Source: Nitrospiria bacterium (GTDB lineage Bacteria > Nitrospirota > Nitrospiria > SBBL01 > JAADHI01). Taken from it: DNA of 64,000 bases. Each line of letters starts with the position of its first letter. Positions within the stretch are counted from its first letter, which is position 1. This document shows positions 44,209-54,521 of the stretch, piece by piece. Location of the stretch: positions 20,337-84,336 of the forward strand of contig JBHHXH010000001.1 of assembly GCA_046756925.1 (NCBI GenBank), given 5' to 3'. The notes beneath the pieces were generated by a model that saw only the letters and a list, made by a program, of their open reading frames with translations, made no database searches and had not been told where the DNA came from. Both the position numbers and the translations under genes were made by a program.

Positions 44209-45285
44209 ATGAAACTGATACCGCACGATTTGCCAGGTGCCCTGTCTTCAATGTCTTCGTTAACCCGGCACGATAAGGACCTGAAAACGCTTGAAGACAT
44301 GGAAGCATCTCGGCTTCAAATCAATATTGAAAAAAGGTCCGATTTTACGCTTTTTACCAAGGATGGGGACAAGGTAACCCTCTCTTCTCTTGCAAGCCTA
44401 GAGGCCGGCACGACAACTTACACCTCTGAAGGCACCCTGACGGGAGAAGCGGCCCAAACGGAGGTCGATGCATTTCAGGTAAACAAGGCCTTCGAGCTTG
44501 AACTGTCCGTCGAAGGCGACCTGAATAAACAGGAGATCAAGGACATCCGGCGCGCCTTTACGCAAATGCGGAAAATGGTTAAGAATTATATTACCGGCAG
44601 AGAAGATAAGGCCATGCATCGGGCATCGAAGATCATGAACTTTAAGTCGATTTCGGGTTTTGAAGCCGTTTATCAATATGTGCGAACGGCTTCGGCTTAC
44701 GAGGGATCGCTGGAGGACGGCATGCCACTCCCTCTCGGCCCGGGAAACCCGGCCCCAGCCCCCGCCGTTATGGAACCGGTTAAAGAAGAACCCGCGCCAC
44801 CCCAAGAAACGCTTGCTTCCCAGCCCCTTCCTGTTTCCGATCCGAGCAGCGCGGGCCCCGCCGCCGTCCAAACGGTCGCACCGTCCGTGGATGACCCTGC
44901 CCCTGTCTCCCCGCTTCCCACCAACGAGAGTACGGGTGAGGACATCCCTTCTGCACCGGGTTTAACCAATGTGTCACCCGCCAAACCCTTTATACAGGTT
45001 GAGATTCATCAGCTTGTTGAAAAGATGACGCAAGTGGTTGTTGAATCGAATGCAGATACTGGAAAACTCGCGAAATATACAAGCCAATACCTCAATTCTT
45101 TATCAGCAAGTTATTCTCGGACGGAGGATGGATACGCTTTCGAGCTCAAGCTCGTCAAACAAATCCAAGCTGAATTTAAATTGAGCATCCAAGAAGCCAT
45201 CGGAGCCGGAAAAGCCGAGGAAAATGAAGACGCATCCGTCGCCGCGCATCCCGCTGCCCAAGATGAAGAGACGGTCATGGCCTAG
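44209..45285 (+). CDS. Hypothetical protein with a central proline-rich linker
   Basis: 358 aa with the RBS TAGGAGGG. Two structured-looking ends are separated by a Pro/Ala/Ser-rich stretch of ~90 aa. No family recognised. Confidence 0.5.
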   Translation: MKLIPHDLPGALSSMSSLTRHDKDLKTLEDMEASRLQINIEKRSDFTLFTKDGDKVTLSSLASLEAGTTTYTSEGTLTGEAAQTEVDAFQVNKAFELELSVEGDLNKQEIKDIRRAFTQMRKMVKNYITGREDKAMHRASKIMNFKSISGFEAVYQYVRTASAYEGSLEDGMPLPLGPGNPAPAPAVMEPVKEEPAPPQETLASQPLPVSDPSSAGPAAVQTVAPSVDDPAPVSPLPTNESTGEDIPSAPGLTNVSPAKPFIQVEIHQLVEKMTQVVVESNADTGKLAKYTSQYLNSLSASYSRTEDGYAFELKLVKQIQAEFKLSIQEAIGAGKAEENEDASVAAHPAAQDEETVMA

Positions 45286-45317
45286 TCGCGGTTTTGCACA
45301 CAAGGAACATCTCCCCG

Positions 45318-45348
45318 CGCCTCATCCGATCGGATGAGGCGTTTTTTT
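45318..45348 (+). terminator. Intrinsic terminator
   Basis: CGCCTCATCCG-at-CGGATGAGGCG followed by T7. Confidence 0.85.
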
Positions 45349-45494
45349 CCGAAAATCCATCGAATTTCATCATATAACCTGTTTAAAAACAACCACTTTT
45401 TATTTATACCCAAGCGCCTTCCCCGTCGCCTGGCTGGTTGCCTCGGCAATGGGCTCTATGATATATAAGGTCCTTTTATTCAGGCCGTTTTCAA

Positions 45495-46709
45495 GTGAAA
45501 AAAACAACCAAAGATTGGATCGTGCAAGGCGAGTCTGTCCTCATGCCCAACTATTCCCGCTTCCCTCTGCTTCTGAAAAGCAGCCAGGGGGCGACGATCA
45601 TCGACCACGAGGGACATCCTTACCTCGATTTTGTCAGCGGCATCGCGGTCAACAGTCTCGGGCATGGCGACTCCCAACTGATCGGTGCGCTTCAAAAGCA
45701 GGCCGAAACCCTGCTGCATGTGTCCAACCTGTATTATACGATCCCGCAGATCGAATTGGCGGCGCGGCTGGTAAACCATTCGTTTGCAGACAAGGTCTTT
45801 TTCTGCAACAGCGGGGCGGAGGCGGTTGAAGCCGCCATCAAACTGGCGCGCAAGCATGCCAAGGATGCCATGCCTGGCGGGCGCTTTGAAATCATCGCGG
45901 CGGAGAACGCGTTTCACGGCAGGACCCTGGCCGCCCTCTCCGCAACCGGACAATCGAAATATCATCATGGTTTCGAGCCGCTCCTTCCAGGATTTAAGCA
46001 CGTTCCCTTTGACGATGCCGGTGCGATCGAAGCGGCCATTACGCCCCATACCGCCGCAGTACTTCTGGAGCCTATTCAGGGGGAGGGCGGTGTCCGCATT
46101 CCGAAACCCGGCTACCTGTCTTCGGTCCGAAGACTCTGCGACCGGCATGGGATCCTTCTCATCTTCGACGAAGTACAGACCGGGATGGGCCGGACGGGAA
46201 ATCTTTTCGCCTATGAGGCCGCCGGCATCGAACCGGATATCATGACCCTCGCGAAGGGCTTGGGCGGCGGCATCCCCATCGGTGCCCTGCTGGCCAAAGA
46301 CACGGTGGCGCAATCGTTTCAGCCGGGAAGCCATGCATCGACCTTTGGGGGCAATCCCCTCGCCTGCACCGCGGGCATCGTCGTGATCGACCGGCTAACA
46401 AGGGATGACGCCTTCTTGGCGTCGGTCCGCCAAAAAGGCGACTCTCTCCTGAAAGGCCTGGAGGCCCTAGGGGGGAAAACACCGCTAATTAAAGCGTTAC
46501 GAGGTCGGGGATTGATGGCGGCCGTCGACCTGGGTGTTCCGGCACTCGATGTGATTGAAGCAGGGCAGGGGCGCGGACTTCTGCTGAACAGGACCTCCGA
46601 ATACACCCTTCGGTTGATTCCGCCCTTGACGATCCAACGTGCGGAGATCGACCGGATGCTGGAGACCTTAAGCGATATATTGATGGAGCGAACGGATGCC
46701 GAAGCTTGA
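45495..46709 (+). CDS. argD: Acetylornithine aminotransferase
   Basis: Class III aminotransferase: YLDFVSGIAVNSLGH, DEVQTGMGRTG and PLP-Lys context TLAKGLGGG. Lies in an arg operon. Confidence 0.9.
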   Translation: MKKTTKDWIVQGESVLMPNYSRFPLLLKSSQGATIIDHEGHPYLDFVSGIAVNSLGHGDSQLIGALQKQAETLLHVSNLYYTIPQIELAARLVNHSFADKVFFCNSGAEAVEAAIKLARKHAKDAMPGGRFEIIAAENAFHGRTLAALSATGQSKYHHGFEPLLPGFKHVPFDDAGAIEAAITPHTAAVLLEPIQGEGGVRIPKPGYLSSVRRLCDRHGILLIFDEVQTGMGRTGNLFAYEAAGIEPDIMTLAKGLGGGIPIGALLAKDTVAQSFQPGSHASTFGGNPLACTAGIVVIDRLTRDDAFLASVRQKGDSLLKGLEALGGKTPLIKALRGRGLMAAVDLGVPALDVIEAGQGRGLLLNRTSEYTLRLIPPLTIQRAEIDRMLETLSDILMERTDAEA

Positions 46710-47589
46710 TCTGCTCGACCTCGGCGCGTTGTCCTTCGCGGAAATCACCTGGCTGATGGACCGTGCGGCGATGTACAAAAAAGGGGGCGATCTTCGCCCG
46801 CTCTCGGGCAAGTCGGTCGGGCTTTTATTCGAGAAGTCTTCGACGCGGACACGGGTTTCCTTCGAGGTCGCGGTGTGGCGGCTCGGCGGGCTGCCAATCT
46901 TTCTTTCTTTTGAAGATATTCAGATCAAACGGGGTGAGACCATCGCCGATACCGCCCGCGTCCTGTCGGGCTATCTCGATGCCCTGATCGTCCGTACCTA
47001 CGCGCAGGAAAAAGTGGAAAGATGGGCGGCCTATGCAACGATTCCGATTATCAACGGCCTCACCGATTTGCATCACCCCTGTCAAATCCTTTCCGACCTT
47101 TTCACGATCCGTCAAATAAAGGGCCGGCTTCAGGGCTTGAAGCTTGCGTATTTCGGAGACGGCAACAATATTGCCAACTCCTTACTGGAAGGCGGAGCGA
47201 TGGCGGGGATGGATGTCGTCATCGCTTCACCGGCATCCCGTCGGCCCAACGAAGGGGTGTTTCGGCGCGCGCTGGAACTCGCCGAAGACGGGGGCGGAAG
47301 CGTTTCGATCGAAAACGATCCCGATAAGGCGTCGATGGGAGCCGATATCCTGTACACCGATGTATGGGTTTCGATGGGAGATGAAGCCCAAAAAGAAACC
47401 TTGATCAACACATTGAGTCCTTATCAAATCAATGACGCGCTCTTGGCGAAAGCCAAGGCGGATTGCCTGGTCATGCATTGTCTCCCGGCCCACCGGGAAG
47501 AGGAAATCACGGATGCGGTGATGGAAGGACCCCATTCGATCGTTTTCGAACAGGCGGCGAACCGGCTGCCGATGCAGCAGGCGATCTAG
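46696..47589 (+). CDS. argF: Ornithine carbamoyltransferase
   Basis: Motifs STRTR, HPCQ and HCLPA. Confidence 0.9.
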   Translation: MPKLDLLDLGALSFAEITWLMDRAAMYKKGGDLRPLSGKSVGLLFEKSSTRTRVSFEVAVWRLGGLPIFLSFEDIQIKRGETIADTARVLSGYLDALIVRTYAQEKVERWAAYATIPIINGLTDLHHPCQILSDLFTIRQIKGRLQGLKLAYFGDGNNIANSLLEGGAMAGMDVVIASPASRRPNEGVFRRALELAEDGGGSVSIENDPDKASMGADILYTDVWVSMGDEAQKETLINTLSPYQINDALLAKAKADCLVMHCLPAHREEEITDAVMEGPHSIVFEQAANRLPMQQAI

Positions 47590-47607
47590 GAAAAATGGGT
47601 TTAATAC

Positions 47608-48798
47608 ATGGATAAGCAAATTAAAAAAGCGGTTCTTGCCTATTCGGGGGGTCTGGACACCTCGGTCATCATCCGATGGATGAAAGAACGTTATCATTGC
47701 GAGGTCATCGCCTATTGCGCCGACCTCGGCCAGGGAGAAGACCTCGCGCCCCTCCCGGAAAAAGCCAAGAAAACCGGCGCATCCAAGGTGTTTATATCCG
47801 ACCTTCGGGAAGCCTTCGCCAAGGATTACATCTTTCCGATGCTTCGGGCCAACGCCGTGTACGAGGGGAGCTATCTCTTGGGCACGGCCATCGCCCGTCC
47901 GCTGATCGCCAAGCGGCAAATGGAGATTGCAAAGGAAGAAGGGGCCGACGCCGTCGCCCACGGGGCCACGGGCAAAGGGAACGACCAGGTGCGTTTTGAA
48001 CTCGCCTATCTGTCCATCGATCCGGCGATTCAAATCATCGCCCCCTGGCGCGATTGGCGCTTCGATTCGCGAAGCGACTTGATTGCCTATGCAAAGGAAC
48101 ACGCCATTCCGGTGGAGGCGACGGCGGAAAAACCCTACAGCATCGACCGCAATCTCCTGCATGTCAGTTACGAAGGCGGGGTGCTGGAAGACCCCTGGGC
48201 CGCGCCGCCCGAGGCGATGTTCTCCACCACCGCCGCACCCGAAGCCGCGCCCGACGCGGCCCAAACCATCGAGATCGACTACGAAACGGGAGACCCCGTG
48301 GCCATTAACGGCCAAGCCTTCTCGCCCGCGGATTTCGTCGCCGAATTAAACCGCATGGGGGGAACACACGGCATCGGCCGGGTGGATCTGGTGGAAAACC
48401 GCTACGTCGGGATGAAGTCCCGCGGCGTGTACGAAACGCCGGGCGGCACCATTTTGCACGCCGCCCACCGCGCCGTCGAATCGCTCACGCTCGACCGGGA
48501 GGTCCTCCATCTGCGCGACAGCCTGATCGCGCAATATGCGTCGATGGTTTACTACGGTTATTGGTTCGCCCCCGAACGTGAATTGATGCAAAAGTTATTC
48601 GATGAAGCCCAGCGCGGGGTCACCGGCACGGCGCGGCTGAAATTGTACAAAGGCAATGTTGTCGTCACCGGCCGCCGCGCGCCGCGCTCGCTGTACCGCC
48701 CGGAGGTCGCCACCTTTGAAAAAGACACGGAATACGTTCAAAAGGAGGCAGAAGGATTTATTCGTTTGAATGCGCTCCGCTTGAAACTGCGCAACTGA
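47608..48798 (+). CDS. argG: Argininosuccinate synthase
   Basis: AYSGGLDTS and [13 protein letters not shown]. Confidence 0.93.
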   Translation: MDKQIKKAVLAYSGGLDTSVIIRWMKERYHCEVIAYCADLGQGEDLAPLPEKAKKTGASKVFISDLREAFAKDYIFPMLRANAVYEGSYLLGTAIARPLIAKRQMEIAKEEGADAVAHGATGKGNDQVRFELAYLSIDPAIQIIAPWRDWRFDSRSDLIAYAKEHAIPVEATAEKPYSIDRNLLHVSYEGGVLEDPWAAPPEAMFSTTAAPEAAPDAAQTIEIDYETGDPVAINGQAFSPADFVAELNRMGGTHGIGRVDLVENRYVGMKSRGVYETPGGTILHAAHRAVESLTLDREVLHLRDSLIAQYASMVYYGYWFAPERELMQKLFDEAQRGVTGTARLKLYKGNVVVTGRRAPRSLYRPEVATFEKDTEYVQKEAEGFIRLNALRLKLRN

Positions 48799-48823
48799 AA
48801 CCGGCGCCGTCGCTGGAAAAAAC

Positions 48824-50239
48824 ATGACAAAAAAACTGAAGCCACAAAATAAAAGCCAGTGGAAAAACGCGGCATGGGAAGGCCGGTTTACGGAGGCCGC
48901 TGATACGGAGGCCACGACGTTTTCAAGCTCCTTTACCTTTGACCGCGCCCTCTTTCCCTATGATATTCAAGGCAGTCTCGCCCATATCGAGGGTCTTGAA
49001 AAAGCCGGGCTGCTCACGGCGGGGGAAAAGAAGAAGCTCGCCGCCGGCTTGGCCGTCATTCAAAAAGAGATGGAAAAAGAAACCGTACCGGCCGGGACGC
49101 CTTCCGACGAAGACATCCACATGCATATCGAGCGGCGATTGGTGGAAAAAGTCGGCGAGGTCGGCGGAAAGCTGCACACGGGGCGAAGCCGGAACGACCA
49201 GATCGCGCTCGATTTGCGTCTCTACCTGCGCGCCGAAACCGGCAGGACGCTCGAGCTCATCGACGCCCTGCAAAAAAGCGTGGTCCAACGCGCGGAAGCG
49301 GAAATCGAAACCTATGTGCCGGGCTACACACACCTTCAGCGGGCCCAGCCGGTCAGCCTGGCCCACCACCTGCTGGCCTATTATGAAATGCTGGCGCGGG
49401 ACCGCGGCCGATTCGAAGACAGCTTGAAACGACTGGATGAGATGCCCCTGGGCGCGGGGGCGCTGGCGGGGAACGGTTTCGGCATCGACCGTAAAACCGT
49501 CGCACGGAGGCTGGGGTTTAGCAAAGCGACGGCCAACAGCTTGGATACTGTGTGTGACCGCGATTTTGTCACGGAATACCTCGCTGCGGCTTCTATTTTG
49601 ATGATGCACCTCTCCCGCTGGGCGGAGGATTGGATTTTGTGGGCATCCGCTGAGTTTGGTTTTTTGGAATTGCCGGACCGCTTGGCCACGGGGAGCAGCA
49701 TGATGCCGCAGAAAAAAAACCCGGATCTCTTGGAGCTGGTCCGTGGCAAAACCGGCCGGGTGTATGGCAGCTTGATGACGCTGTTGACTGTTCTGAAGGG
49801 GCTCCCGCTGTCGTATAATCGGGACCTGCAAGAAGACAAGGAACCGCTTTTCGACACGGTGCATACCGTACAAGGCGCACTTCGTATCATGACCCGCCTG
49901 GCGGAATCGGTCACCTTCAATCAAGCAAAAATGGCGGCGGCGGCGAAGGAAGACCTGCTGTTGGCAACCGACCTCGCCGATTATCTGGTTAAAAAGGGGC
50001 TTCCTTTTCGTCAGGCCCACAAGGTCGTCGGACGGATTGTCCACCGGTCGATTGAAGAGAACAAGCCCTTCGATCAATGGCCCTTGGAGACCCTTCGGGT
50101 TTATTCTCCGCTTTTTGGAGCGGACCTCTTTGATGGGCTGAGCCTCAAGGGGGCCATTCAAAAGAAGCGCGGTGTCGGGGGCACCGCGCTTGGGTCCATC
50201 CGGTCGGAGATTCGAAAAATTAAAAAACGATGGAAGTAA
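48824..50239 (+). CDS. argH: Argininosuccinate lyase
   Basis: Fumarate-lyase signature GSSMMPQKKNP and TGRSRNDQ. Confidence 0.93.
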   Translation: MTKKLKPQNKSQWKNAAWEGRFTEAADTEATTFSSSFTFDRALFPYDIQGSLAHIEGLEKAGLLTAGEKKKLAAGLAVIQKEMEKETVPAGTPSDEDIHMHIERRLVEKVGEVGGKLHTGRSRNDQIALDLRLYLRAETGRTLELIDALQKSVVQRAEAEIETYVPGYTHLQRAQPVSLAHHLLAYYEMLARDRGRFEDSLKRLDEMPLGAGALAGNGFGIDRKTVARRLGFSKATANSLDTVCDRDFVTEYLAAASILMMHLSRWAEDWILWASAEFGFLELPDRLATGSSMMPQKKNPDLLELVRGKTGRVYGSLMTLLTVLKGLPLSYNRDLQEDKEPLFDTVHTVQGALRIMTRLAESVTFNQAKMAAAAKEDLLLATDLADYLVKKGLPFRQAHKVVGRIVHRSIEENKPFDQWPLETLRVYSPLFGADLFDGLSLKGAIQKKRGVGGTALGSIRSEIRKIKKRWK

Positions 50240-50241
50240 AT

Positions 50242-50394
50242 ATGAAGAGAGCTCTGTGCTCGGTTATCCTTTTTTTCTTCCTATTTTTAGTGGCTTGTGG
50301 TAGAAAGGGACATCCCGTCCCACCGGATGAATCCTTATCACCGCGGGTTGGACCATCCAGCAGGATCTCCATTGGGGAGATCATGAAACAATAG
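50242..50394 (+). CDS. Small lipoprotein, LptM/YifL-like (not in the ORF track)
   Basis: 50 aa: MKRALCSVILFFFLFLVACGRKGHPVPPDE... It has a lipobox LVAC followed by G-x-KG-x-P. Its position immediately upstream of lysA/dapF matches that of yifL next to dapF in enterobacteria. Confidence 0.55.
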   Translation: MKRALCSVILFFFLFLVACGRKGHPVPPDESLSPRVGPSSRISIGEIMKQ

Positions 50395-50406
50395 AATTGA
50401 TGCGCG

Positions 50407-51678
50407 ATGCACGATTTCCATTATAAAGACGGGGCACTCTACTGTGAAGGCGTGTCCCTCGAGGCGCTTGCGGAGCAGGTTGGGACCCCTTATTACGTCT
50501 ATAGCCATGCGACACTCCTGAAACATATTCAAGCCTACCAAGACGCCTTCGCCTCCGTTCCGCATCTGATCGCCTTCGCCGTCAAGGCCAATTCAAATAT
50601 CGCGGTGCTTCGGCTCTTCGGAAAGGCGGGGGGCGGGGCGGATATCGTCTCCGGAGGGGAACTCATCCGCGCCCGTGCGGCCGGGATCGATCCGAAGCGG
50701 ATCGTCTTTGCCGGGGTGGGAAAAACGAAGGAAGAGATGCGCGAGGCGCTTCGCGCGGGGATTTTGATGTTTAACATCGAATCTTCCCAAGAACTGAGGG
50801 CATTGGACGAATGCGCCAAGACCTTGCAGACCGTCGCGCCGGTGGCCCTCCGGGTCAACCCCGATGTCGATCCGGAAACCCATCCTTATATCTCGACCGG
50901 TCTGAAGAAGAGCAAATTCGGCATCGAAATCGGCGCTGCCGTGTCACAATATCAACTCGCACGCGGGCTTTCAAATATTGAAGTGGTCGGCATCCATTCC
51001 CATATCGGCTCCCAGCTCACACAGGTAAAGCCCTTCGTGGATACCTTGACCCGGGTGTATCAGCTCATCGAGGCGTTGCGGGAGGACAAGGTCTTGATCA
51101 AGTACTGGGACATCGGCGGGGGGCTCGGCATCACCTACAATGCCGAAGCCCCGCCCCTTCCCAGGGAAATCGCGGAGGCCCTGCTCCCGCTCCTGAAAAA
51201 GAGCGGATGCCACGTTATCCTAGAACCCGGCCGCTCCTTGGCGGGCAATGCGGGTGCGATGGTGACACGCGTGATCTATAATAAACAGGGTGCCGCCAAG
51301 CATTTTGTCGTTGTCGATGCGGGGATGAATGACCTGATTCGCCCAAGCCTCTACGATGCCTATCATGAAATACAACCGGTCAGACGCAGCGATCGTCCGG
51401 CCGAAGTGGTCGATGTCGTTGGGCCGATCTGCGAGTCCGGAGATTTCCTGGCCCAGGAGCGAAAGATGCCCCAAGTGTTGCCCGACGAGCTGCTTGCCGT
51501 AATGAGTGCAGGCGCTTATGCCTTTACGATGTCTTCGAATTACAACAGTCGGCCGCGTCCACCGGAGATCCTGGTGCGCGGAGACACGTATGAAATCGTC
51601 CGCGAACGTGAAACCATGCGTGACTTGCTGAGCAAGGAGGCGATTCCCCACTATTTATCGGAGCCAAATGCAGAATAG
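50407..51678 (+). CDS. lysA: Diaminopimelate decarboxylase
   Basis: PLP-Lys motif FAVKANSN, GGGLGI and EPGRSL. Confidence 0.92.
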   Translation: MHDFHYKDGALYCEGVSLEALAEQVGTPYYVYSHATLLKHIQAYQDAFASVPHLIAFAVKANSNIAVLRLFGKAGGGADIVSGGELIRARAAGIDPKRIVFAGVGKTKEEMREALRAGILMFNIESSQELRALDECAKTLQTVAPVALRVNPDVDPETHPYISTGLKKSKFGIEIGAAVSQYQLARGLSNIEVVGIHSHIGSQLTQVKPFVDTLTRVYQLIEALREDKVLIKYWDIGGGLGITYNAEAPPLPREIAEALLPLLKKSGCHVILEPGRSLAGNAGAMVTRVIYNKQGAAKHFVVVDAGMNDLIRPSLYDAYHEIQPVRRSDRPAEVVDVVGPICESGDFLAQERKMPQVLPDELLAVMSAGAYAFTMSSNYNSRPRPPEILVRGDTYEIVRERETMRDLLSKEAIPHYLSEPNAE

Positions 51679-52099
51679 AAACATCCTCCAAGCAACGGCG
51701 GCAACCCCGGTTTCGGAGAAGCGCAAGACGCCCGGAAGAAGAACAAAAAAAGAAGGTCGCGGCTTTTTTATCGGCCTGTTGACCCTTAGCGGCATCATTA
51801 TCGTTTGTCTTGGGCTTATTTACTTTCAGGGGAAGGAGATCATGATCTTTACCTTTGAAAAGTTCGTTGTCAACAAGGCCTTGGTTTCACTTCTTCCCCC
51901 GGAATATACCCTTGAACAGGCCGAGGCGATTCGAACAGAAGTGTATGCATTTTTCGAAGCAGCATCCTCGGGGGAGGTCGACGATGCCGCCTTGATTGAA
52001 GTCAGCAGCGAAATCCAAATCATGATCGAAGACAGCCGGATTCTCGAAGAAGAAGTGGCTTCGCTGCTGATCCTCATCCGAAAAAAGATGGAGCACTGA
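51668..52099 (+). CDS. Hypothetical single-pass membrane protein
   Basis: 143 aa with a basic N-terminus and one hydrophobic helix (FFIGLLTLSGIIIVCLGLIYF). No family recognised. Confidence 0.45.
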   Translation: MQNRNILQATAATPVSEKRKTPGRRTKKEGRGFFIGLLTLSGIIIVCLGLIYFQGKEIMIFTFEKFVVNKALVSLLPPEYTLEQAEAIRTEVYAFFEAASSGEVDDAALIEVSSEIQIMIEDSRILEEEVASLLILIRKKMEH

Positions 52100-52941
52100 T
52101 GCGGCAGATCGGTCCCATTCCCTTTTGGAAGATGAGCGGCAGCGGTAACGATTTTATCGTCATCGACTACCGGAAACCGATTCCTTCTCAAGACGAGATG
52201 CGGGTTTTTGTTTCAAAGGTCTGCCGACGCGGCCTATCCGTCGGCGCGGACGGGGTCATCCTGATCCGATCCTCCACCAAGGCGGATTACGGATGGCACT
52301 ATTACAACGCAGATGGCGGAGAAGTCGAGATGTGCGCCAACGGCAGCCGCTGCGCCGCCAGATTTGCAGTCGAAAACGGTATCGCCCCGGCCAAACATCG
52401 TTTTGAAACCTTGTCCGGCTTTGTCGATGCCGAAGTGATCTCCGGAACCGGCGGGCGCGTCCGTGTCCGGCTGCCCGATCCCTCCGGCTTAGACTTAAAT
52501 GTGTCGATCGACATCTCCGGAAAGGCGGGAATCGGCCATACGGTGAATACCGGCGTGCCCCACGTCGTCTATTTCGTTGAAGATTTAGAAAGGGTAGACG
52601 TCATCGGCCTGGGCAGAAAAACGCGCTACCACCCCCTTTTCGCCCCCGAAGGAACCAATGCCAACTTTGTGACCGTGATCAATCCGCACCAAATGAAGAT
52701 TCGAACCTACGAACGGGGTGTGGAAAACGAAACACTCGCCTGCGGCACGGGCGCCATTGGCGCCGCCTTGGTGGCGACCGCACTCGAGAAAACCATGCCG
52801 CCCGTTTCCTTGAGAACGCGAAGCGGTGTCATGCTCGTGGTCGATTTTAGACAGGAAAGATTGGATTTTAAGGACATTTCATTGGAAGGGGATGCCAGAA
52901 TTATCTATAAAGGAGAAATCGAAAAAGAAGCGCTTTTGTGA
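52099..52941 (+). CDS. dapF: Diaminopimelate epimerase
   Basis: GSGNDFIVID, with catalytic Cys contexts EMCANGSRC and LACGTGA. Confidence 0.9.
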   Translation: MRQIGPIPFWKMSGSGNDFIVIDYRKPIPSQDEMRVFVSKVCRRGLSVGADGVILIRSSTKADYGWHYYNADGGEVEMCANGSRCAARFAVENGIAPAKHRFETLSGFVDAEVISGTGGRVRVRLPDPSGLDLNVSIDISGKAGIGHTVNTGVPHVVYFVEDLERVDVIGLGRKTRYHPLFAPEGTNANFVTVINPHQMKIRTYERGVENETLACGTGAIGAALVATALEKTMPPVSLRTRSGVMLVVDFRQERLDFKDISLEGDARIIYKGEIEKEALL

Positions 52942-53013
52942 TGAAAGGGGGCATGAAAACCCCTTTTCCAGTTTCTCTTTCATCCTTATAAACAAGAGGA
53001 GAGGGCAAGCATC

Positions 53014-53886
53014 ATGTTTCATGGTTCCATCGTCGCCATCGTCACCCCCTTTAAGGATGGCGCGGTCGATGAAAAGGCTTTGGGTGAACTGATCGATCTC
53101 CATCTCTCTTCGGGTACATCCGGGATCGTTCCCTGCGGGACCACCGGAGAGTCGGCCACCTTGTCTCATGAAGAACATAAACGGGTGATCGAGATGACGG
53201 TGAAAATCGTCGGCGGTCGCATTCCCGTTATCGCCGGCACCGGTTCGAACAGCACCGAAGAAGCCGTCGCACTGACGATGCATGCCCAATCCGCCGGCGC
53301 GGACGGCGCCTTGTTGATCACCCCTTATTACAACAAACCGACCCAAGAGGGGCTTTATCTTCATTATAAACGGATCGCAGAGGCGGTCGACCTGCCCTTG
53401 GTCCTTTACAACATTCCCGGTCGGACCGGCGTGAACATGCTTCCATCCACGGTATCGCGCTTGACAGCCTACGAAAACATCGTCGGCATGAAAGAGGGCA
53501 GTGGCTCGATCCAACAGGTAGCGGAGCTCATTCACTTGTGTGGAGAGCGGCTGACGGTACTATCCGGTGACGACGCCATCACCCTTCCCATGATGGCGCT
53601 CGGGGCAAAAGGAGCCATATCGGTGACCGCGAACATTGTCCCAGGGGATATGACAAAGATGATTGCGGCCGGCGCCCGTGGAGACATGAGCGGCGCGAAA
53701 ATCTGGCACGATCGACTCTATCCGCTTCACCAGGCCCTTTTCTTGGAGACCAACCCCGTTCCGGTAAAGACCGCCCTTTCGATGTTGGGACGATGTAGCG
53801 ACGAAATACGGCTGCCGCTCTCGTCGCTCTCCGAAGCCAACCGAAAGCGTTTAAAGGCGGCCATCGTCAACCATGGCTTGCTCTAG
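53014..53886 (+). CDS. dapA: 4-hydroxy-tetrahydrodipicolinate synthase
   Basis: VPCGTTGESATLS and YNIPGRTG. 290 aa. Confidence 0.92.
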   Translation: MFHGSIVAIVTPFKDGAVDEKALGELIDLHLSSGTSGIVPCGTTGESATLSHEEHKRVIEMTVKIVGGRIPVIAGTGSNSTEEAVALTMHAQSAGADGALLITPYYNKPTQEGLYLHYKRIAEAVDLPLVLYNIPGRTGVNMLPSTVSRLTAYENIVGMKEGSGSIQQVAELIHLCGERLTVLSGDDAITLPMMALGAKGAISVTANIVPGDMTKMIAAGARGDMSGAKIWHDRLYPLHQALFLETNPVPVKTALSMLGRCSDEIRLPLSSLSEANRKRLKAAIVNHGLL

Positions 53887-53949
53887 TAAAGAAGGAATGA
53901 CACCATCGCAAGAGGGGCTAGATCGGCAAATATAAGGAGCAAACTTATC

Positions 53950-54453
53950 ATGGATCAAGAAGCCAAAAAAACCGTCCTTCGGATGATTCCCTACGGTCTC
54001 TATGTTCTCACCGGCGCACAGGGCGAAGACCGCGTTGCAGCGGCGACCATTAATTGGGTGACCCAAAGCGCCTTCGAACCGCCGCTGATCGTCGCAGGCG
54101 TCAAAGCGGATTCGGGTGCACACGGCGTCATCAAGGAAGCGGGTGTTTTCGCACTCAACATCTTAGGCAAAGGGCAAGCCTCGACGGCTTATGCTTTTTT
54201 TAAACCCAGCGTGAAGAAAGACGGCAAGATCAATGGAGAGGCGGTCCGTTTCGGCACGACCGGCGCCCCTATCTTGGAAAACGCGCCGGCGTATCTGGAG
54301 TGCAAGCTGGTCGAGCGGATCGAAAAAGGCGACCATTCCATCTTCATCGGAGAAGTGGTCGATGCGGGTTTTAAAAATCCCATCTCGGGGCGGCCCGATG
54401 ATGCCACACTGACACTGAAAGATCTTGGAGAAAAAGTCTTCTACGGCGGGTAA
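53950..54453 (+). CDS. Flavin reductase-like (FMN-binding split-barrel) protein
   Basis: AATINWVTQSAFEPPLIVAGV...GDHSIFIGEVV pattern. 167 aa. Confidence 0.78.
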   Translation: MDQEAKKTVLRMIPYGLYVLTGAQGEDRVAAATINWVTQSAFEPPLIVAGVKADSGAHGVIKEAGVFALNILGKGQASTAYAFFKPSVKKDGKINGEAVRFGTTGAPILENAPAYLECKLVERIEKGDHSIFIGEVVDAGFKNPISGRPDDATLTLKDLGEKVFYGG

Positions 54454-54521
54454 ACGCCCGGCTTTTGATCTCTCCCCGTACCACCAACCAGACAACCACC
54501 ATGTAAAGGAATGGACGATCA

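Noticed and set aside
45349-45494. An ARG-box / ArgR operator upstream of argD
   Set aside because: The best candidate (CGAATTTCATCATATAA) matches the TGAAT-N4-ATTCA type consensus poorly, and no paired boxes are present.
45480-50161. Very long minus-strand ORFs (45480-46334, 284 aa; 47227-48315, 362 aa; 48923-50161, 412 aa) lying antisense to argD, argF/argG and argH
   Set aside because: The plus-strand genes carry unambiguous catalytic signatures ([29 protein letters not shown]). The antisense translations are low-complexity (rich in R, G, P, Q and H) with no motifs. They are shadow ORFs typical of GC-biased codon usage.
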